Virus record (IMG/VR): IMGVR_UViG_3300015263_000962
Location: 12,383 to 76,382 of that record
Length of the DNA stretch: 64,000 nucleotides
Origin: a virus
Strand: one strand, 5' to 3'
Of this stretch, positions 38,948-48,907 are shown in pieces; within the stretch, counting starts at the first letter, position 1, and each line of letters opens with the position of its first letter. The notes below the pieces were generated by a model. It saw only the letters and a program-made list of their open reading frames with translations. It searched no databases and was not told the origin of the DNA. A program made the translations under genes and the position numbers.

Positions 38948-39266
38948 ATGTGCTTTTCAACCGATATGCCTGAGTGGCTTGAAGAAAGCCGTGGTTTCCA
39001 AATGGTCGAAACGGTCAGCGATGACTACGACGATGACTGGGATGAAGATGATCTCGACGATCTCGACGACGATGATTATGACGACGACGACTACAACACC
39101 TACTCATACGAGGATGACCTCGACGAAGACGACGAGGATGACGAAGACGACCTAGACGACCTCGATGATGACGATTGGGGCGACGACGATGACGACGACC
39201 TCGATGATGACGATTGGGACGACGACGAATCTCGACGACGATGATTGGGATGACGACGACGAATGA
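38948..39266 (+). CDS. Asp-rich low-complexity protein with apparent frameshift near 39230
   Basis: AGGAGG RBS; in-frame stop at 39244, but LDDDDWDDDDE continues in the +1 frame to a TGA overlapping the next ATG. Confidence 0.65.
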
Positions 39267-39841
39267 AGTTGGCGACTGAGTATCTTGTAAGAACAGGAGC
39301 GATCAGGGAATTCTTTAAGACGCCGTGCTCTTTGTGTCTCAATTCTTTGACACTGGGAGCACCAATGGTGTTGACAATTGAAGAATTCTCTGATCGCCCT
39401 TTCTTCAAGGTCACTCAGTACATTCTTCGAGACATCCCGCCCGAGATCCAAGTTCATGAAGTTGTCGATGTGTTCAATAGCGACAAGGTTTTGGTGCCGG
39501 GCTATCGGCCCATTTCCTACCGGGAATCTTACTTCCCCAGAGGGCTGAATTCTTACAATCACCCGATGCCAGAGTATCTCTGGAACCTCTACACGAAACA
39601 GTCATTGAATTCAGACAACCATAGAAGACACCGGGAGCACTGGCTGTGGTCTGTCTTTTCTCGCTTGGCTTTCGGCGACATCTACGACCAGATGGACGTT
39701 CTCCGGTTTCGGCCCACCCTGAAATTGACTTGGCAAGGCTGGAAGACCCGGATGCTTTTTGACAACTCGGTCGCTGCTGAGTTGATCTTCATGAAAAGCT
39801 TCCCGAAGCTCATTTTGCCTTCATCTTCTTCATCCTCTTGA
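39263..39841 (+). CDS. Hypothetical protein, possible degenerate MCP fragment (~395-433)
   Basis: KVLVPGYRPISYRESYF vs MCP QILLGYKGDSYMDSGYF. Confidence 0.5.
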   Translation: MKLATEYLVRTGAIREFFKTPCSLCLNSLTLGAPMVLTIEEFSDRPFFKVTQYILRDIPPEIQVHEVVDVFNSDKVLVPGYRPISYRESYFPRGLNSYNHPMPEYLWNLYTKQSLNSDNHRRHREHWLWSVFSRLAFGDIYDQMDVLRFRPTLKLTWQGWKTRMLFDNSVAAELIFMKSFPKLILPSSSSSS

Positions 39842-40055
39842 GCATCAGTTTCCTGCGATGCGCCGGGGAAAGATAATCGGCTGTGGGTGATTTGACGCCA
39901 GACTTAGGCGGATTGTCGCCGCCTTGAGGGAAAGCTCCGGCCTCTTTGGACGCAATATCCCTGTAGTATCGCACAAGATCGATAGAGGACCAGTCTGGTC
40001 CGCCACCCGGTCCTCCGATATTCTCGTTCGTCTGTAACCACAATTTGAATCTCAT
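39810..40055 (-). CDS. Small putative internal head protein
   Basis: MRFKLWLQTNE start, basic tail; TATATA 6 nt upstream. Confidence 0.55.
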   Translation of the reverse strand: MRFKLWLQTNENIGGPGGGPDWSSIDLVRYYRDIASKEAGAFPQGGDNPPKSGVKSPTADYLSPAHRRKLMLKRMKKMKAK

Positions 40056-40071
40056 CACACTTATATACTGT

Positions 40072-40614
40072 ATGAGACATTCAGATTGGCACGGCATTAT
40101 GAAGATCCTTGAGGTCACGCATCGTGATCCTGAAGGAAAGATCCTTTTCTACGAGAACAACATCCTCAACATCCTTCACAATGATGGGGAGGAATTCCTG
40201 CTCCGGGCAGCCTTCACAGGCGGAACCGTGAGCACTGTCATTCCCGAGAACTACTACTTGGGCCTCGACAATCGTGGTTCCTTGGATGTCGGAGACGACA
40301 TGGATTCACTGATCGGTGAACCCCAATCTGGCGGCTACCAGCGTCAGTTGGTGAGTTCCTCTGGTGACTTCGCCATCAACTTCGAATCAGGACACTTCGT
40401 TGCCACCAGTCCAATTGTTGCTTTCCGATCCACTTCTGCTGACTGGGGGCCTGTGAGCAATCTGTTTCTCACAGACAAAGCTGACAATACCGGCTCCCTA
40501 ATCTCTTCTGCGAGACTCTCCTCGCCGCTGATCGTCGCTCTTGGCGACAGCGTAACCATGCGAATCGGGATGCAACTTCGAGATTGTATCGATAGCACAT
40601 CAGACAGCACATAA
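40072..40614 (+). CDS. Putative virion structural protein
   Basis: Beta-rich composition; TATATA just upstream; start 40072 or 40099. Confidence 0.55.
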   Translation: MRHSDWHGIMKILEVTHRDPEGKILFYENNILNILHNDGEEFLLRAAFTGGTVSTVIPENYYLGLDNRGSLDVGDDMDSLIGEPQSGGYQRQLVSSSGDFAINFESGHFVATSPIVAFRSTSADWGPVSNLFLTDKADNTGSLISSARLSSPLIVALGDSVTMRIGMQLRDCIDSTSDST

Positions 40615-41091
40615 GCTGTCTGTAAGAACGCTCATGTCTTCCATTGTGACGAAATGAGCGATCTTCATTGTGGTGTCATCCTTCTTGACCTGATTGTGTT
40701 CCCTGTAGAAAAGGTATTGGCTTCCGCCATCTTTGATGTCTAGGAGGTTCTTTGACGATACTTCGGTTACGCACTTGCTGTAGTATTCCTCTTCGAGCTT
40801 TCCTTGTCGGCTCAACTCACGCCATTGTTCATCTGAGATCTCTGGCCGGGAGCTTTTGCGATGGGGCAAAACCACTTCGTATCCGTCTTTCAAAATTTGG
40901 ATTGGGGTGTCCCGCTTACTGTTTTTCAAGTAGTAGCGGCAAAACACTTCACGTCCGGGTTCAGAGGTGAAATTCTTCGTAAACCACACAGGAATTGAGA
41001 CCCCGGTGAGCACCAAGTCGATCCCTTCATGGAGGGCGTACCTTTGCTCTTTTGTCAGATAAATCTTGTGGTGAATTGTAAGACTCAACAT
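40600..41091 (-). CDS. Hypothetical protein
   Basis: GAGG RBS; 163 aa. Confidence 0.6.
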   Translation of the reverse strand: MLSLTIHHKIYLTKEQRYALHEGIDLVLTGVSIPVWFTKNFTSEPGREVFCRYYLKNSKRDTPIQILKDGYEVVLPHRKSSRPEISDEQWRELSRQGKLEEEYYSKCVTEVSSKNLLDIKDGGSQYLFYREHNQVKKDDTTMKIAHFVTMEDMSVLTDSLCAV

Positions 41092-41150
41092 CGATACCTC
41101 GCTGTTTTCATATATAACTGAGTAAGTCTAATCGAGATTGAGGAGAGCCT

Positions 41151-42074
41151 GTGTCGCAAAATAAAACTCTACTCCTGTTGGGGTCCGTGCTGATGATGGC
41201 TGTTGTCAACTTCTTCATGGTTGTTGGCTATCAGAACCACAAAATTCCGGGATACGATCTCTCGACGAATCCCATCGACAACATGCCGTTGATTGACAAC
41301 GACCCATTTGCCGCTCTGGCACATGGCGGGGCTCCTATCGAGCAAAGAGACGCTGAATTTCGCAGATGGCTCTCTCAAGGGGTCAAGATTCGAGTCAGCG
41401 GTGCATCTGGTTCAGGAACCATCGTCTACTTCAATGAAGATGACGGTTGGGCCTATGTGCAGTCCTGCGGCCATCTGTGGTCCGGGAACATGAGTGCCGA
41501 GGAAGGCAAGCGGCGAAAGATTACATGCACTGTCCAGACTTGGTATCACAACGAAACCAAATTGGGCCAACCGCAAGACTACCAAGCAGAGGTTCTTTAC
41601 TACAGCAACAGCCGTGGTCGAGACTGTAGCCTTCTGAGGTTCCGTCCAGACTGGGTGCCCAACTACCTTCCTATCGCTCCAGAAGACTTTCAGTATCATC
41701 CGGGAATGAGACTGCATTCGGTGGGCTGCGACGGCGGCAGAGAGGTTGCACACTACGATGTAGAAGTTGTTGGTTTAAGAGATGGCGATTGGCCCGATCT
41801 CGTCACCACAAGAAACAGCCCCCGACCGGGACGATCCGGTGGAGGGCTGTCATCCGATGACTACTACGTTGGAATCTGCTGGGGAACATCCAGCTACGAC
41901 GGTGATGGGAACGGTTACTTCACGCCACTCAACACCATTCGTGAGTACAACAAGATGAACGGTTACGGTTGGCTTAATGATGTGGGCTTCAGTCTGGCAC
42001 GCCAGATTCCCATCATCGACCGAAACAATCCACAAGGAAAATATCCTCGTGATTACATCCCATTGCCTCGTTAG
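41151..42074 (+). CDS. Trypsin-like serine protease, membrane anchored
   Basis: GSGT, SCGHL, RDCSLL, PGRSGGGL catalytic triad motifs. Confidence 0.85.
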   Translation: MSQNKTLLLLGSVLMMAVVNFFMVVGYQNHKIPGYDLSTNPIDNMPLIDNDPFAALAHGGAPIEQRDAEFRRWLSQGVKIRVSGASGSGTIVYFNEDDGWAYVQSCGHLWSGNMSAEEGKRRKITCTVQTWYHNETKLGQPQDYQAEVLYYSNSRGRDCSLLRFRPDWVPNYLPIAPEDFQYHPGMRLHSVGCDGGREVAHYDVEVVGLRDGDWPDLVTTRNSPRPGRSGGGLSSDDYYVGICWGTSSYDGDGNGYFTPLNTIREYNKMNGYGWLNDVGFSLARQIPIIDRNNPQGKYPRDYIPLPR

Positions 42075-42568
42075 TTCTTGGCAGCTTTTGTGTACTTGTC
42101 CACGTCCAGCCAAGCAATAGGCTTGGGACCGAAACCGCCGACGTAGTAGATGTCCTTGATCTTCAGCCGGTAAAAGGCGAAGTCGTGGAACTCTTCGTAG
42201 ATCTTGGCGTCGGGAAATCTCTTGAAGTAGATTTCCTTGACAGCCTTCAGATCGCCATCAGGCACCTTCTCGAATTCACCCATCAACGTCACACGAGGGC
42301 TATCCAGTTCGGCTTCCTTGCTTGGCGTCGTGACAAACAAGCTGGCCTTTGGGTTTTTCTCGATGTTCTGGGTATGGATGGCGAGGGTGCTGATGAAGAT
42401 CAGCGGACGACCTTCAGCGTCAACGGCATACGGCATGACAGAGCCAAACGGACCTTTCTCATGCGTGGTGCAAGCTGTTCCAACTTTTGTATCGCTGACC
42501 AGCTTGAAGGCCAACTCTTCTGCTGAGGGTTCGGCTGCCAGCAGAACAGCACATAGAAGAAAAGTCAT
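42071..42568 (-). CDS. HugZ/pyridoxamine 5'-phosphate oxidase-like split-barrel protein
   Basis: PFGS..PY, STLAIHTQNI..NPKASL, RVTLMG, YYVGGFG. Confidence 0.85.
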   Translation of the reverse strand: MTFLLCAVLLAAEPSAEELAFKLVSDTKVGTACTTHEKGPFGSVMPYAVDAEGRPLIFISTLAIHTQNIEKNPKASLFVTTPSKEAELDSPRVTLMGEFEKVPDGDLKAVKEIYFKRFPDAKIYEEFHDFAFYRLKIKDIYYVGGFGPKPIAWLDVDKYTKAAKN

Positions 42569-42579
42569 TCTGACTCCTT

Positions 42580-43392
42580 TCAATATCCCAGCGAACCCAG
42601 ATCGCCGTCCCACTTGGCTTCAGCCTCCGACTGAGACGAGTAGAAGGGGCACATCTCGGCATAGTCGCACGTTTTACAGTGCCAACCGACCTTGCCCCAA
42701 ACTTTATCGGGATCTGAGTTCTCAATCTGAATGTAGGCGTCGTGAAGATCCTGCTCAACCTGCTCCAGCGATTCCTCTGTGTAGCAGCAACCGATCAGGT
42801 TTTCGCCTTCCAGATAGTAGAGTGCAGCCTTGATGTTTTCGGGCCTCAGATTGAACTCTCGCTGGACGACTCGGGCATACATGCGTAACTGAAGGTCGTA
42901 TTTCACGGTTTCTGTGTTAACCCGCCACTTGCCCTTCTTGGTGGTCTTGTAGTCGATGATCCATGCCTTGTCGCCCTTAATGATTAACCGGTCGATGAAA
43001 CCTTTGATGTGTCTTCCGTTTGGTGGATCGAGATCGTAGTAGAAGGGATGTTCGACGATACCGCCGCACCCGATGCGATCTGTAAGATTCTGGATGGCCC
43101 GAAGATGCTTCTGGAACTTTTTGGCGTAGTCATCTGGCAGCGGCGGGGCTTTGGTGCCATGTTCGTCCAGATCATACTTGCCTCGCAGAACGTCTTTCCC
43201 AAGTTGTCCCACAGAGAGTTCGCCGTTGTTTTCGACGTAAAGTTCTGCGACTTTGTGGACGATACTACCATAAGTGAAGTAGAATGGTTCTTCGCCGGGA
43301 CGAGGGATTTTCAGGTGGTAGCGATATTTGTATTGTTGTTCGCAGGTGTCAAAGCATTTCTTGCGGCTCACTGAAATGTGGTTGATATTCAT
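42580..43392 (-). CDS. PD-(D/E)XK Cas4/RecB-like nuclease
   Basis: GSIVHKVAE, GFIDRL, IIDYKT, QLRMY, CxxCxxxxxC. Confidence 0.9.
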   Translation of the reverse strand: MNINHISVSRKKCFDTCEQQYKYRYHLKIPRPGEEPFYFTYGSIVHKVAELYVENNGELSVGQLGKDVLRGKYDLDEHGTKAPPLPDDYAKKFQKHLRAIQNLTDRIGCGGIVEHPFYYDLDPPNGRHIKGFIDRLIIKGDKAWIIDYKTTKKGKWRVNTETVKYDLQLRMYARVVQREFNLRPENIKAALYYLEGENLIGCCYTEESLEQVEQDLHDAYIQIENSDPDKVWGKVGWHCKTCDYAEMCPFYSSQSEAEAKWDGDLGSLGY

Positions 43393-43503
43393 GATTCCTC
43401 AATTCTTTAAGGGATGCCGGAATAGCATCGCATGTCATCTTCCATTTTCGACGAAATCACGTTATAACTCAAGTGCTTTCTTAAATAACGAGGAGTCAGA
43501 TGA

Positions 43504-44568
43504 ATGGCAGTAGATTTCGACACATTCCTGCAATGGGCAAATGATCGGTTTGGCTCCTTCAACGTGAAGGTGCGGCACACTGCTCACGGGGTCGAAATCT
43601 GCACCCATTCCCCGTGGTCCGAGGAGATAATCGGCAAGACAGATCGCAAGTTTAAGCTCTGGATGAACTGCGAGGGCGGGAAGCATAAGGTCGATGAAGG
43701 GGCCTACCGTTGCTGGCTCACGGACAAATCAGGAACTCTCGTCGAACTCATGTCCAATTGGGACGGGGTTCCTTATGAAGAGGCTGAAGAAATGCTTCTG
43801 GGGGTGGCATCTCTCAGAAGTTTAGAACAGAAAGTCCACGATTTCTTCGGCTACCATGAAGAAGCCACAGTCGCTCCCACTGTGATCGTGCCACAAGCTG
43901 CGGAGATGGCTCTTCCAGAATACTGCTATCTGATCGACGAGATGCCGCCCAGCAGCTTCATGAGGATTCGGGCACGCCAGTATCTCAGAGATCGAAAGAT
44001 TCCCACAGACGGGCTCTACGTCTGCACCGATGGGGATTACAAAAACCGCATCATCATTCCCTACTACGACCGAGAGGGCAGACTGATTTGGTACAACGCT
44101 CGTACCATGAGCACCAAAGAGAGTGTTCTCAGATACATGAAGCCACCGGAAGGAGATCAAGATCAAGTTTTATTCATGACCAAGTGGCCGCATTCGGGTT
44201 CCCAGATCTACATAATGGAGGGGGAATTCGATGCTATCACTCTTGCTTTGTGCGGCTTTACTGGCTGTGCTGTCGGTGGCAAATATATTACAGATACTCA
44301 GGTCCAGATGATCCGGGACTACCGGCCCATTCTCGCTTTCGACGCAGATGAGGCTGGTCTGGAAGCTCTCATCAATGTGGGCAATGGGTTGCTGGAAAGA
44401 GGGATCACCGATCTCATGTATGTAAGACCACCGAAAGCCTACAAGGACTGGAACAAGTTGCTGAAAGAACGCAACGTCCAGACTGTGCAGGCTTATGTGG
44501 AACGGTTCGTGAAACGCTTTACTTCTACGACCGGCGATATTCTGTTGTCGAATCAGCTTTCGATCTGA
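43504..44568 (+). CDS. DNA primase (gp61/DnaG-like TOPRIM)
   Basis: YL.DRKI, RIIIPYY, EGEFDA, FDADEAG, KDWN. Confidence 0.9.
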   Translation: MAVDFDTFLQWANDRFGSFNVKVRHTAHGVEICTHSPWSEEIIGKTDRKFKLWMNCEGGKHKVDEGAYRCWLTDKSGTLVELMSNWDGVPYEEAEEMLLGVASLRSLEQKVHDFFGYHEEATVAPTVIVPQAAEMALPEYCYLIDEMPPSSFMRIRARQYLRDRKIPTDGLYVCTDGDYKNRIIIPYYDREGRLIWYNARTMSTKESVLRYMKPPEGDQDQVLFMTKWPHSGSQIYIMEGEFDAITLALCGFTGCAVGGKYITDTQVQMIRDYRPILAFDADEAGLEALINVGNGLLERGITDLMYVRPPKAYKDWNKLLKERNVQTVQAYVERFVKRFTSTTGDILLSNQLSI

Positions 44569-44759
44569 GGCTTGGGTTTGTCAATGTGCCCCATGCGAGC
44601 CATCCAATCAAAGTCGGCCTGAGAAACGTATCGAACCGACCCGTCTCGTTGAACCATTGGAATGTTGGCTTCCTCAGTGGGCTGAGACAACAACTTGGGC
44701 GTATAGCCGGGCTGAAGCCCGACCTTGCGTTTGTTGTTTTTGCTGATGATCTGGCCCAT
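44553..44759 (-). CDS. Small hypothetical protein
   Basis: ATG overlaps upstream stop. Confidence 0.45.
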   Translation of the reverse strand: MGQIISKNNKRKVGLQPGYTPKLLSQPTEEANIPMVQRDGSVRYVSQADFDWMARMGHIDKPKPQIES

Positions 44760-45136
44760 TAGCAGTTGCAACCTGCACAGCCGCAGTCCTTACAAGTACA
44801 CTTGGAACAATCGCCTGTTTTGCAACCAGCACACGGGCAGGTGCAAGCTTGTTTGGCTTCTCGCATCATTTTCCATTTTCTCCATAGATTGAGTTCATCG
44901 ACTCTTTTGAGTTTGCGATCCAGAAAGTCCGAGAAGGATTCTTCCTTCTCATCATCGTCATCGTCATCCACCTTCTCGGGCAAACCCTTGTGTTTGGTGG
45001 AAGCGAAATCTTCGGCGTCTTTCTTGGATATGCTTTTGGCGACCTTTTCGACTTCAGGTCCACCAACATCCTCGCCCTTCTGGCGAGCGTGGACCATGCC
45101 GAAAAATCGTTGTTGTTTCTTGCTTTTTGCTGGCAT
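44759..45136 (-). CDS. DUF3008-like protein with metallothionein-like C-terminus
   Basis: MPAKSKKQQR...FASTKHKGLPEKV; tail CTCPCAGCKTGDCSKCTCKDCGCAGCNC; TAAATA upstream. Confidence 0.8.
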   Translation of the reverse strand: MPAKSKKQQRFFGMVHARQKGEDVGGPEVEKVAKSISKKDAEDFASTKHKGLPEKVDDDDDDEKEESFSDFLDRKLKRVDELNLWRKWKMMREAKQACTCPCAGCKTGDCSKCTCKDCGCAGCNC

Positions 45137-45262
45137 GATGTCCTCCTTGGTTTATTTATGATCAAAACCACAAAAACCAGACTATCTTAATTTTGCCCCG
45201 GTCAAACCAAACACTCTTATGCCTAACGGCCAATGGAAATATGAGACCGGGGCTTTTTTGAT

Positions 45263-45754
45263 ATGAACACAAAGACCATCCAGCACATGCAATACTTCGT
45301 CGGAAAAGTATGCAGCATCGTCACATCTTCTATGAACCGATCATTCGATGAGCAGACAGCCAGAGAGCATTTTGCCGTCAGAGTAGGGGAAGTTGGCATG
45401 GATGGCATCTGGGGAACCCACCCATACAACCCGGACATGGTGAGCTTTTTTGCTATGGCTCATGTCATCTCGATTCACGAGGAAACAGAACTGGACCCCA
45501 GCAATCCAGAACATGCGGCGATGATTGAGGAATATGAGAAGAAGACGGGCCAGAAGATAAAGAGTGATCTCAAACAAGCCCCGAAACCTCAGAAGAAGAA
45601 GACAGAACTACCGGTTCTAAATCAAACGCCGCCAGCACCCGTTCAGGAAGCCAGCGGCGATGCAACATTTGTTGATTTGGAAAGTCTTGAGCGACTCGCC
45701 GAGGATACCCGGCGAGCTTATGCTCAGTATGACAGTTTCGACTTACGCAAGTAG
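45263..45754 (+). CDS. Hypothetical protein
   Basis: 163-aa ORF. Confidence 0.65.
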   Translation: MNTKTIQHMQYFVGKVCSIVTSSMNRSFDEQTAREHFAVRVGEVGMDGIWGTHPYNPDMVSFFAMAHVISIHEETELDPSNPEHAAMIEEYEKKTGQKIKSDLKQAPKPQKKKTELPVLNQTPPAPVQEASGDATFVDLESLERLAEDTRRAYAQYDSFDLRK

Positions 45755-48700
45755 TTGCTCACGCAGTTCTTGAACTCTGCTCTTAGTGGGCCGAACGCCC
45801 TCTCTTAGAAGCTTCTTGTAGAGTTCAATTGTGTCTTGGAAGGTTTCGTTCTTGCCTTCGCCTGATTTGCGAGCCTTACGATCCTTCATGAATTGAGACA
45901 TTGTTGAGCCTCGTGCCTGTTTTGGCTCCTTTGGCTTTGCTTCGCCTTCAGGCTCGGGTTCGTTGACAGGAAGGTGTCCACCATCTCTCTTCATGTCAGC
46001 CTGTTGTTGAGCGATGAGATCTTGGAGTTCTTTGTCCATATCTTCGTCGCTGGCCCCGGCTTCCTCTTCAGGGGCTTCGCCAGTCATCTTGCTCAACTTG
46101 GCAATATCGTGAGCCACGTTCATGACTTCCTTTTCCAAGTTTCCATCGCCATCCAATGCGTTCATTAAGGCGTCCAGTGGTGTGCCCGGATCTTGCATAC
46201 TTTCCACATCTTCCTCTCGACCAGCCTTAGACAAAGCCTGCTTCATTTGAGCGGACAAGAATTTGTAGAGATTCTGCTTGGCACTTGGGTCTCCAGTCTT
46301 AGCAGCATCAAGCAACTTCTTTGCTCTTGCAAAGAGTTGTGCATCATCTAACGCACTTGTGCCGCCCTTTGATTGTGCGAATTTTTCCAAGTCCTCAGCA
46401 TCGGCAGCCTTCCTGTTGATGGCGTCATCGAAGTTGCCTTGTGCGAGTTTTGTGATCGCATTCATGATCGCTTGCTGGTCTTCCTTGTCCAGTGCGATGA
46501 TTCCAGCATCTTCGTCAGCCATGCTCTTGCCGAGCGGTTCTTGGCCCAATAGTTCGGCGATCTTAGCCTTCAGTTGGTCTTCGCCACCGCTGGCCTTCAC
46601 CATGTGTTCGAGATCACCATCTTGCTGCAACTTCTTCAGAACCGAAGGAACCAACTGTTGTGCTCTGCCTTCAGGCTGAGCGGCTGGAGCTTTGGCTGCT
46701 GGAGCCATCTCTGGAGCGGCTTCTGCTCCGGGAGTCACTCCCGGTGCGGCTGGAGCGGCTGGAGCGGCTTCTGGGCCGGTGACGCCGAGCTTGCCGTAAA
46801 TCTTGGCAAGCTTCTCTGGCGGAACCTCTTGATCCCCGAACGTGTTGTCGAGAACGGTTTCGAGATCTTTCAGAGGATCACCTGTTGATTCGTCTCCACG
46901 GGTCTTAAGGAACTCTTGGGTTGTGGCGATGGCCTTGTCCAGTTGTCCGGTGCTCTTCAAGTGACTGATGACCGATCTTGTTGTTGCATTGCCTGTTTCT
47001 TTGGTATCAACCGGAAGGTGCCCAGTTTCCTCTGGAGGAGCTTCTGGGGCTGCTGGATTCGCCTCAATCGATGGTGCCTTGGTAGGTGCCATCGGTTCTG
47101 TTTTGGCGTCCAAGTCTACGACAGGTGGTTGCATTGTTGATTTTTCAGGACTTGCTCCTGCACGCTTGCCTGCTGCCCATGTTTCAGGATCAAGGACCAA
47201 TCCCGGCGACTGGTGTGCCGCAGCGGTTCCACCTTGTGATCCACCACCTCGGGACCAAGCACCAACCTTCAGAACCAATTCCAAAATTCGGTTTGGATAT
47301 CGGTCATCGAAGTGGTTCAGTCCACCCAGTGTTGACATCAGGTGTGTGGCGATTGTGCTGACACGAGGATTCGGGTTCTTACCGCCCGTGGCCTGATAGG
47401 CACGACGCAAGATTTCTCCCCACAGACCCTTCGCACTCTTGCCAATGGCCTTGCCCGGCTTGGCTTCGTATGCGGAGGCAGGCGTGGCCTCAATGTCTTC
47501 GCCAGCTTGATTCTTGATGAACGCCATGTATTCGTAAGGCGTTGGAAGATGCAGGCTGCCCTTCGATGTCGGAATCGCCTTGCTCTTGTTGAACATTGGC
47601 TGCATACCCATCGCTCGCAGACCAGCATCAAAGTTCTGCATGTGAAGTTCTTTGATTTGATGAGCTTTCATTCGGTGTTCTGGATTGGTGCTTCTTTCCA
47701 GTTCATCTGTGGCCGCAACGTCATCGCTCAAAGCATCAGGGTTCGTTCCTGTCTTTAGTTCTTCGTCTTCTTGTGGGTTGCCTGTGCTGACCGGAATGTC
47801 AACGCCATTGGCTGCTTCTGGGCCGTCTCCCGGCACAGATGGACCATTCACGCCTGCCGAAGCTGTTGGCGAAGCTGTGCCACGCTTTGTGTAAGGCATC
47901 TTGATGGCCGCAGCAAATTGCTCAAGACGATCATCGAGCCAACCCATGAAGTCCATCTTGGCCTGATCAATCAAGGCGTCGATGTCCATTTCGGATTCCA
48001 GAAGCATCGAGTTGAAATGAAGACGTGCTTCTTTCGCCATTGGGCGAGTAGGATCGTTATGCCAGCGTCGGCGGAATTTCTTAATCGGACCCCAGTTGGC
48101 GATGGGATCGATGATGGATCTTCTGAGAGCACCACCCAATCTCTTCCACCATGGTTCGCCCTGAGAGCGTGCGCCCGGCAGAAAGCTGCCCAGCGAGGCA
48201 GGCTTATAACCGCCCACTTCTGGACGATCTTGAGGAAGGTGTTCTCTGGAGAAAGTCGGATCGCTTTCATCACCAGCAGGCGGCGAATGGGTTGCACCAG
48301 AACCAGACGGCCCGGCACCCATCACTCCACCACGAGGGCTTCCGCCAGCAGGAGGAGCCCCAGCATCTCGGGCATGTCCGCCTGTGGGTGGCAAACCCGA
48401 TCCAGAACCGGGAGCACTGCCGCCCTCGGCATCTGCTGCGGGCTCATCTGCGGGACTTGTAGCAGTCCCACGAGATGCTTTCATTCCGCCCATGACAGTG
48501 CTTTTGATCGCATCGAACATGGCGGAAACTTTGGCTTCGATCTCATCCCGAAGAGCGTCAAGGGATGGTGCAGCGGCCCCGTCAGACTCCATCAGAGCCT
48601 CGTACAGCGTTTGCTTCGCAAATCGCATCGTGTTGTCGATAACGTATCTCTGAAGTCTGTGATCGTTTTCGACAGCGAGGTTCCACTCGGACTGTTCTGA

Positions 48701-48850
48701 CAGGTTTTCAATGATCAGCTTGGGTAATTTCGAAGATTCGATCAGTCTCAGTCTGAGAATCTCAAGTTGGTTCTCAACTCCTTCACGAATGTCGCAATTG
48801 TCCAAGCTATCCGTTAGCTCATGAATCTGATGTTCTCTAAAGCTTCGCAT
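45743..48850 (-). CDS. Large (1035 aa) putative internal head/ejected protein
   Basis: MRSFREHQIHE start, many L-x-E sites, P/A/G-rich linkers; TATATA upstream. Confidence 0.7.
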   Translation of the reverse strand: MRSFREHQIHELTDSLDNCDIREGVENQLEILRLRLIESSKLPKLIIENLSEQSEWNLAVENDHRLQRYVIDNTMRFAKQTLYEALMESDGAAAPSLDALRDEIEAKVSAMFDAIKSTVMGGMKASRGTATSPADEPAADAEGGSAPGSGSGLPPTGGHARDAGAPPAGGSPRGGVMGAGPSGSGATHSPPAGDESDPTFSREHLPQDRPEVGGYKPASLGSFLPGARSQGEPWWKRLGGALRRSIIDPIANWGPIKKFRRRWHNDPTRPMAKEARLHFNSMLLESEMDIDALIDQAKMDFMGWLDDRLEQFAAAIKMPYTKRGTASPTASAGVNGPSVPGDGPEAANGVDIPVSTGNPQEDEELKTGTNPDALSDDVAATDELERSTNPEHRMKAHQIKELHMQNFDAGLRAMGMQPMFNKSKAIPTSKGSLHLPTPYEYMAFIKNQAGEDIEATPASAYEAKPGKAIGKSAKGLWGEILRRAYQATGGKNPNPRVSTIATHLMSTLGGLNHFDDRYPNRILELVLKVGAWSRGGGSQGGTAAAHQSPGLVLDPETWAAGKRAGASPEKSTMQPPVVDLDAKTEPMAPTKAPSIEANPAAPEAPPEETGHLPVDTKETGNATTRSVISHLKSTGQLDKAIATTQEFLKTRGDESTGDPLKDLETVLDNTFGDQEVPPEKLAKIYGKLGVTGPEAAPAAPAAPGVTPGAEAAPEMAPAAKAPAAQPEGRAQQLVPSVLKKLQQDGDLEHMVKASGGEDQLKAKIAELLGQEPLGKSMADEDAGIIALDKEDQQAIMNAITKLAQGNFDDAINRKAADAEDLEKFAQSKGGTSALDDAQLFARAKKLLDAAKTGDPSAKQNLYKFLSAQMKQALSKAGREEDVESMQDPGTPLDALMNALDGDGNLEKEVMNVAHDIAKLSKMTGEAPEEEAGASDEDMDKELQDLIAQQQADMKRDGGHLPVNEPEPEGEAKPKEPKQARGSTMSQFMKDRKARKSGEGKNETFQDTIELYKKLLREGVRPTKSRVQELREQLLA

Positions 48851-48907
48851 ACTTCTCCCTCATTTGCCGCACCTTCGGGTTGTTAAGGTATATACGGGCA
48901 ATGAGTC

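Noticed and set aside
42580-43392. Cas4 as evidence of a CRISPR system
   Set aside because: No cas1/cas2 or array; stand-alone Cas4-like nucleases are common in phages
46720-46775. ggagcggct short repeats
   Set aside because: Encode an Ala-Ala-Pro linker inside the 1035-aa protein
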